Shown here in pieces: positions 57,422-64,000 of a stretch of 64,000 nt of DNA (within the stretch, counting starts at the first letter, position 1; the number at the start of each line of letters is the position of its first letter). The notes under the pieces are model-generated. The model was not told the DNA's origin. It searched no databases and saw nothing but the letters and a program-made list of their open reading frames with translations. The DNA is taken from assembly GCA_963729045.1 (NCBI GenBank), contig CAVSMN010000021.1, forward strand, positions 4,664 through 68,663. The letters are read 5' to 3'. A program made the translations under genes and the position numbers. The stretch comes from an uncultured Nitrososphaeraceae archaeon (GTDB lineage Archaea; Thermoproteota; Nitrososphaeria; Nitrososphaerales; Nitrososphaeraceae).

Positions 57422-58046
57422 TTAATGCCCATGTTCAGGTGGATTATTACCATAAATGTTTAATGTCCCTGTACCATTATTATATTGATAAAACGATGCA
57501 ACCGGTCCAGGATAAACCTTATTGTTTACAGTTATTGGTGTATATTTGCTAATTCCTTGATATAATTGACCATTATTTTCCTTTGTAATGTTACTCACAC
57601 TAAAAACTCGACTTATTTCTTCAATGTTTTGTGAATTATTTTTTTGTAAATCAGCCAATTCTAAATGAGAATGATGGAAAAATGCTAATATTTGAAATAA
57701 TCACTTTGTTATTTTCTGAGTTGAACAATGGATGTTGGTCTATCCTTTGATTTCCACTTTCATTCACTAGAACCGTGACACTTCCGTTTGTAGGGTTGTA
57801 TCGCTCTCCTGTAGAACTATACCCTCCAGGATCCTTGATTGTTTGCATGGTAATAGATAGGTAAGGCTTATTTACCGTATTTGCATCAGGAATTTGAGTT
57901 GCATTTTCAACCGAAGATATTGTCGTGTTTCGTTGTTGCGAATATGATTTGTGAATAATAGGAATGCCACCATAAATCACACAAACAGTTGTTAGAAATA
58001 TTGATACAACACATATACATAACCAACTATTAAAAGTTCTATCCAT
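57422..58046 (-). CDS. Secreted hypothetical protein, split by a frameshift near 57655
   Basis: Signal peptide in 57651-58046; overlapping downstream ORF 57422-57658 has similar Asn-rich composition. Confidence 0.55.
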
Positions 58047-58232
58047 TGTTAATATGATGATTACCTAGTAAAATACTTTAAAGGTCGTCTATTCATACGA
58101 TGATTTCAAATACTTTAGAAATCATAGTCGATTATGTTATTAAAAATGGCTTTCGAGTCAAATATATGTGCGATGCAGCTGAAGTCTATTTTTCGATTAT
58201 AAGTTTGTACATATCCCTTACCTTATTGAATT

Positions 58233-58272
58233 GACTCATCTTAATATCCTCATGATTTCCACATGACCTGCT
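58233..58272 (+). repeat. Dispersed modular element, degenerate A-linker
   Basis: ATCTTAATATCCTCATGATTT-CCACATGACCT-GCT. Confidence 0.7.
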
Positions 58273-58368
58273 TAGAAATACACACTAATATAACAGACCT
58301 AGGACTAGCAAGTCAAAATCGCAATGTTAACTTGTCAAGTAAATCTATAGTAGTTTTCGTGTGCTGGA

Positions 58369-59235
58369 TCATTGTTTTTCACCCACTATACATATAGCTT
58401 CATTATCTAAAACTATGGAATCTGTATTATTTTTTACATATTTTGTTGCTGCTTCTGTAACTGCTTTCCATATCTGTTCTTTGCGATCTAAAGTTTGATC
58501 GGCTAACATTGCAAGAACCGGAGCGGCTATATCTTTAGTGAAATTTGTGTATTCTTCAGCAGAATCAAACTCAAAGGTTACATTAATCCGTTCAATCTCG
58601 ATATCTTTGAATCCACACCTGATAAAAGAATTCTTGAGAATTGTTTCATCAGCTAGACTATATGGTCCCGGTGTTCTACGAGAAGATGGTGATGGAATAT
58701 TAAGTTCCTTTCTTACAGTATCCATAGCCAACGCAAGTTGAGGAACTTTCTCTGATGTTGCCCAGACACTAGCCGCAAAACGCCCACCGGTTACCAATGA
58801 TTTATAGATATTAGATAATCCTGAGTCGAGCTCGTCTAAAAACATCAATCCCAATCTACATAATGCCGCGTCAAAATTTGATTCGGGTAAGTCAATCGTT
58901 GCTGCATCACCTTCTTTAAAGTCAATTATTCCTTCCAAGTGCTCTGCGATGGCCCTCTTTTTTGCTATTGACAACATTTGTAATGATATGTCTGTAGCCA
59001 ACACATGACCACTGGTACCCACGCATTTAGCTACAGCAATTGCGGGTTCTCCTATCCCAGTCGCTATATCAAGAACTTTTGAAGCTGGTTTTATTTTTGC
59101 CATATCTATTAATTTGTCACTCATTTTATAAGCACCATTTTCAAATGTCTTATACCACTTTTCCCACCCTGCAGCTACACTTTCCCAATCTTGACGTTGA
59201 TCTCGTCTCAATTGATCCACATCTGAATTAGGCAT
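58369..59235 (-). CDS. Class I SAM-dependent methyltransferase (UbiE/COQ5-like)
   Basis: VLDIATGIGEPA, ATDIS, FDAALCRLGLMF, LVTGGRF. Confidence 0.92.
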   Translation of the reverse strand: MPNSDVDQLRRDQRQDWESVAAGWEKWYKTFENGAYKMSDKLIDMAKIKPASKVLDIATGIGEPAIAVAKCVGTSGHVLATDISLQMLSIAKKRAIAEHLEGIIDFKEGDAATIDLPESNFDAALCRLGLMFLDELDSGLSNIYKSLVTGGRFAASVWATSEKVPQLALAMDTVRKELNIPSPSSRRTPGPYSLADETILKNSFIRCGFKDIEIERINVTFEFDSAEEYTNFTKDIAAPVLAMLADQTLDRKEQIWKAVTEAATKYVKNNTDSIVLDNEAICIVGEKQ

Positions 59236-59396
59236 ATTATCTTAACTCTATCGATCACATTATTATTTTTTAATTGTATTGACTTTAAGGATCAATTTGA
59301 CTTGGCAAAATTAATAAAACCTAAGCTGATCCGTCTTTGCATAAATTCTAATCGATGATCTAAAGACTACCGAATTACTCTATCTATTATTTAGAA

Positions 59397-59427
59397 GTGT
59401 GGATATCTCATTATTTTCACCGAACAC
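59397..59427 (+). repeat. Dispersed modular element, A-linker
   Basis: GTGTGGATATCTCATTATTT-TCACCGAACAC. Confidence 0.7.
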
Positions 59428-60017
59428 CCTTAGGCCTATACAATAATATATCAAATTTGGACTATATGTATTGTATATTAATTACAGAAATCTGGCCCAT
59501 CACCATATCAAAATTTTGTATGCATTAAAATCAAAAGAGGTTAAACGACAGTATTCGATGATGCTTTCATGATTTTAGTAGGTTATGTTTCATAATGCTT
59601 CAAAAAAAGAAGTATACTGATACAATGGAAACTTACAACATCAGAAATATTCAAATCCTTCTCTCATTTATTGAACCAGACATAGAGAAATCCGGTCTTG
59701 AATCAAAACTTGGAGCCTATGATAAAGTAACTGAATTTGATTTTGTTTTACTTTATCCAAATATCGTTTTAAAGAAAAACATATCGTCTGACACTATTAA
59801 CTAGTGATTGTTGTGAGTTAGAATCAAATAACAAGGTCCCAGAATTGGAACACATATTTCAATTCTGAACAAAAAGAAAAGGTATAGTGCCACTATTTTT
59901 GAGGACGATTTTAGAAAGAGGACTGGAAATATAAAAAAGAAAATATATGACAAATTTCTACTCGAATTAGTAATCATATACATGACTTTATATACCCATA
60001 TTCGTAATAAGTGCTGA

Positions 60018-61848
60018 ATGAGTAGCATTATCTAATGTAAATACTCTGTCTTTAGTTATAGTTTCAATATCATTCATTTTACTTTTAGGTCCAACTTCAA
60101 TGACCATGAATGTATTTGCTACAACCAATACAGCCAATCAAGGCATAGGCCAATCACAATCTGCAATCCAACTTGGTGTTTGTGTATCGGGGAACGGTAC
60201 ACTTTTTTCGTGTAATAATTCGAATACACAAAACCAAGCAAACACTGGAAACAACGCATTAGTACAACAAGGTGGCAGTGGTAGTGGTGGCAATTCAGCC
60301 AATCAAGGCATAGGCCAATCACAAACCTCCAACCAAGGTAGTGGCGTAGCCTCTGGTGGCAACACTACTAATTCTGGAAACAACGCAAATACTCAAAACC
60401 AGACTAACACTGGAAACAACGCAGCAGCTCAAAGTGGCGGTAGTGGTAGTGGTGGCAATTCAGCCAACCAAGGCATAGGCCAATCACAAACCTCCAACCA
60501 AGGTAGTGGCGTAGTATCTGGTGGCAACACTGCTGGTTCCGGAAACAACGCAAACACACAAACTCAAAATAATACCGGTAGTAACGCTGTCGGACAACAA
60601 GGTGGCAGTGGTAGTGGTGGCAATTCAGCCAATCAAGGCATAGGCCAATCACAAACCTCCAACCAAGGTAGTGGCGTAGTATCTGGTGGCAACACAACTG
60701 ATTCTGGAAACAACGCAAATACTCAAAGTCAAACAAACACTGGAAACAACGCAGCAGCTCAACAAGGTGGTAGTGGTAGTGGTGGCAATTCAGCCAACCA
60801 AGGCATAGGCCAATCACAAACCTCCAACCAAGGTAGTGGCGTAGCCTCTGGTGGCAATACTGCTGGTTCCGGAAACAACGCAAATACTCAAACTCAAAAT
60901 AATACCGGTAGTAACGCTGTCGGACAACAAGGTGGCAGTGGTAGTGGTGGCAATTCAGCCAATCAAGGCATAGGCCAATCACAATCCTCTAACCAAAACG
61001 CACAATGTGTTTCTGGTGGAAATACCGCAAATTCATGTAATAACACAAGTACTCAAAACCAAGCAAATAGTGGAAACAACGCAGCAGCTCAAAGTGGTGG
61101 CAGTGGTAGTGGTGGCAATTCAGCCAATCAAGGCATAGGCCAATCACAATCCTCTAACCAAAACGCACAATGTGTTGGTGGCGGAAACGTAGCTGATTCA
61201 TGTAATAACACCAGTACTCAAAACCAAGCAAACAGCGGAAGCAATGCAGTAGGACAACAAGGTGGCAGTGGTAGTGGTGGCAATTCAGTGCCAATCAAGG
61301 CATAGGCCAATCACAATCCTCTAACCAAAACGCACAATGTGTAGCAGGCGGCTCCTTAAGCAATTCATGCAGTAACAAAAATACACAAAGTCAAACAAAC
61401 ACTGGAAACAACGCAGCAGCTCAAAGTGGCGGTAGTGGTAGTGGTGGCAATTCAGCCAATCAAGGCATAGGCCAATCACAATCCTCTAACCAAAACGCAC
61501 AATGTGTTTCTGGTAAAGATGCTATAGTATCTTGTGACAATGAAAACTTCCAAAAACAAGTAAATAGTGGAAGCAACGCATTAGTACAACAAGGTGGCAC
61601 GGGGTAACACTGCTAACCAAGGCATAGGACAATCACAAACATCCAACCAAGGTAGTGGCGCAGCATCTGGTGGCGACACAACTGATTCTGCAACCAGCGC
61701 AAACTCACAAAGTCAAGACAACAGTGGAAGCAATGCAGCAGCACAACAAGGAGGTAACGATGATATTGATAGCGGTGATAGCGGTGATAGCGGTGATAGC
61801 GGTGATAGCGGTGATAGCGGTGATGATGGAGGAAATTCATCTGACTGA
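60018..61848 (+). CDS. Secreted Gln/Asn/Gly/Ser-rich protein with about ten 55-aa repeats (frameshifts near 60024, 61289, ~61600)
   Basis: Signal peptide reconstructed from ATG 60018; unit NSANQGIGQSQTSNQGSGVASGGNT..SGNNANTQ.Q.NTGNNAAAQ.GGSGSGG. Confidence 0.85.
60127..61750 (+). repeat. 165-bp imperfect tandem repeat
   Basis: AATTCAG(CC) at 60292, 60457, 60622, 60787, 60952, 61117, 61282, 61449. Confidence 0.95.
61768..61821 (+). repeat. (GATAGCGGT)x6 microsatellite encoding (DSG)6
   Basis: Six exact 9-bp units. Confidence 0.95.
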
Positions 61849-62385
61849 GGCATAAGCCAATCACAAACCTCCAACCAATACAGTGGCGCAGCATCTGGTA
61901 GCGTAACAACTAATTCTAGAAAAGACTTTATGATGCTGTGACCCTTATTCATCACATCAATATTTTCAATACTTTTGTTTCTGCCTAGGAAAGAAATACC
62001 GAAGTTGATTTTGAAATATTTGATAATATAACTGCTGGCGTTCCTTTCAGGATATCCCAAATATAAGTGATAAAGATGTTTAGACCAGAAGAGAAGGATT
62101 ACCTAATGAAGGAATATTCTTAAATCAAAGGAGATAGTGAGACAACATCTGTCACTATTGAATAGGTTTTCGAATTTTTTGAATTTGGAGGATGTCTTGA
62201 TGAAAGGTGATATCAACTTGTAAATCTTACTGGAAACGACTCCGAATTACTCCTGAATACAAAACCACAAAAAAGATTGCAACTTCAACATTCGAGATAT
62301 GCTATTTTACTATTTACCGACTCAGTTTCTGTTAACATAGGACTATGCTGACCTCTTTTGATATTTCTTTGGTACTATTCCCTTG

Positions 62386-62955
62386 TCACTTTTCTAACGA
62401 TGTATCTATTGTAAGTGTATTAGATACCTTTTCTGAACCTTGAGTATTAGTCAAATAAACTTCCGCTTTGATTTTTTGTATTGATTTATCTGTAAAAGAA
62501 GTTGCAAATTGAATTATGCCTGATTGACCAACTACGTATCCTTTTTGAATAGATGATGTTTTTAAAGGAGTTCCATCAGACAAATACACTTTCATAGTTC
62601 CTTTCATAGGGGTGTTTACCAATGATTGGTCATTTGTTTGATAATTAACAAGAACCTTAAGCTGATTAAAATTACTATCTGTCAGAGGAGCAAACTTTGC
62701 AGAGTCTAGTTGAATTGTTATCTTGTCCTGTGAGGTTGGAATATCAACCTTTTGTTGGGCTTGTGCGTATACATCGTTAATAATTCCAAAATTCTCACTA
62801 TTTATGACAACAGATAGCGAAATTATCAACGTAATTGCAATAGTGATGATAGCAATTTTCGGGTTTGGGATAAAAATAAGCCGGTTGCAATTCTTGTCTA
62901 TGGAGTTTATGGTTCTCATTAATACGTTTGATATACATTCTACATTTACAGACAT
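62386..62955 (-). CDS. Secreted or membrane-anchored hypothetical protein
   Basis: Hydrophobic segment then VYAQ; beta-rich mature domain. Confidence 0.7.
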   Translation of the reverse strand: MSVNVECISNVLMRTINSIDKNCNRLIFIPNPKIAIITIAITLIISLSVVINSENFGIINDVYAQAQQKVDIPTSQDKITIQLDSAKFAPLTDSNFNQLKVLVNYQTNDQSLVNTPMKGTMKVYLSDGTPLKTSSIQKGYVVGQSGIIQFATSFTDKSIQKIKAEVYLTNTQGSEKVSNTLTIDTSLEK

Positions 62956-64000
62956 TAAATTAAGAGTAATACTATATTATATAGCCAATAATGCAAATAT
63001 ATAATTAAACATAATTAGAACAAAAAGAGATCGTCCTTTTTTCTTTTATTTTCTTCTCTTCAGGTATTATGGTTTTAAGATATTTAACAATTAATCAATT
63101 GCATTGATTCGTATTTCTATGCAGAATTTCATTCATAAAATAATCTACCAATCCTTTGAAAATATCTCATCTTGATAAAAATAGTGCTTTCTAGATAATT
63201 ACAAATCTACTAGTACACATAGATATCAGTTAACAATTATTAGTGACTGCTTGGTTTAATCCAAAATAACTATGTTATCATATTGAAATAAAAAATAGAA
63301 AATCAATAGGGGATTAAATTAAAGCTTGCTTCGTATAACCTGAAATATTCTTTTTCTAGCTAATATGCCCACAGAAATTGATATAAACAGTACCCATAGA
63401 CCTACCATCGTGGATTCTGAATACTCTATCACTTTCTATTTAGTATGCTAGTATAATTATATGTTTTATCCTCTCTTGTGAATCTATTCATATTAAAAAA
63501 GTATTTATTATTTTTTGAGATCCAATTACTGCAATACTTGTTCGATAATTATTAATAACTTAATCTTGCCTTTGCAAATTTTACCCACATAAAGATTGTA
63601 AGATTTATAAAATATATTTTCTTGATTCCGTCATGTTATATAAATAAATCATTTACCAGATAAAATATGTATTTTCCCACCCTTCATTCAGAGGTTGGTA
63701 TCATTGATTATACCCTTAATCGATTTCAGATACTGGTAATCCGTCTATACAAACCAGCAATATCTATTTCATCCTGTCTTATGTACTACATAGTAGAAAA
63801 ATTAAATGTCACACTTTAATAGCCACGCATAGATACCAAAGGTAACAAATAAATCCAATGTGCATTTTTTTAGATTTGGAACTCACAATTCTAATCCATC
63901 AATATGCTATCTATAGAACTTGTGGCTGAATTGAAAATAACTATGTAGTTATTTTAATTATTAGTAACATCATGTACTCAATCACCTACTTTGAAAAATT

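Noticed and set aside
60119-60982. Cys/His-rich minus-strand ORFs (60119-60322, 60404-60982, also 61613-61909)
   Set aside because: These are antisense shadows of the Q/N/G/S repeat gene.
63000-64000. Possible gene remnant on the minus strand at the window end
   Set aside because: Frequent stops and no family could be assigned.

Overview
AT-rich accessory region of an ammonia-oxidising archaeon. The gene families suggest Nitrososphaeraceae, probably Ca. Nitrosocosmicus-like; this is an inference, not a database result. One core-type gene sits at the left edge (TFE-beta/RPC34-like). The rest is a patchwork of short gene modules: secreted proteins, solute-binding proteins paired with Cache sensors, cupredoxins, a multicopper oxidase, DsbA, a cytochrome P450, patatin, an SLC13 transporter, an M32 carboxypeptidase, zinc-finger microproteins and a Q/N/G/S-rich repeat protein. 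Many pseudogene remnants and many 1-2 nt frameshifts are present, the latter probably partly assembly errors. The most striking unexplained structure is a dispersed, modular intergenic element found about 28 times by eye, with every clear copy on the + strand. It is built from an 11-nt linker (CCACCGAACCC) and interchangeable palindromic arms, following the grammar (A|B|C)-linker-[D-linker]-E. The arms show compensatory base changes and a fixed 13-nt spacing from palindrome centre to linker. No rRNA, tRNA, canonical CRISPR array or intact transposase was recognised.
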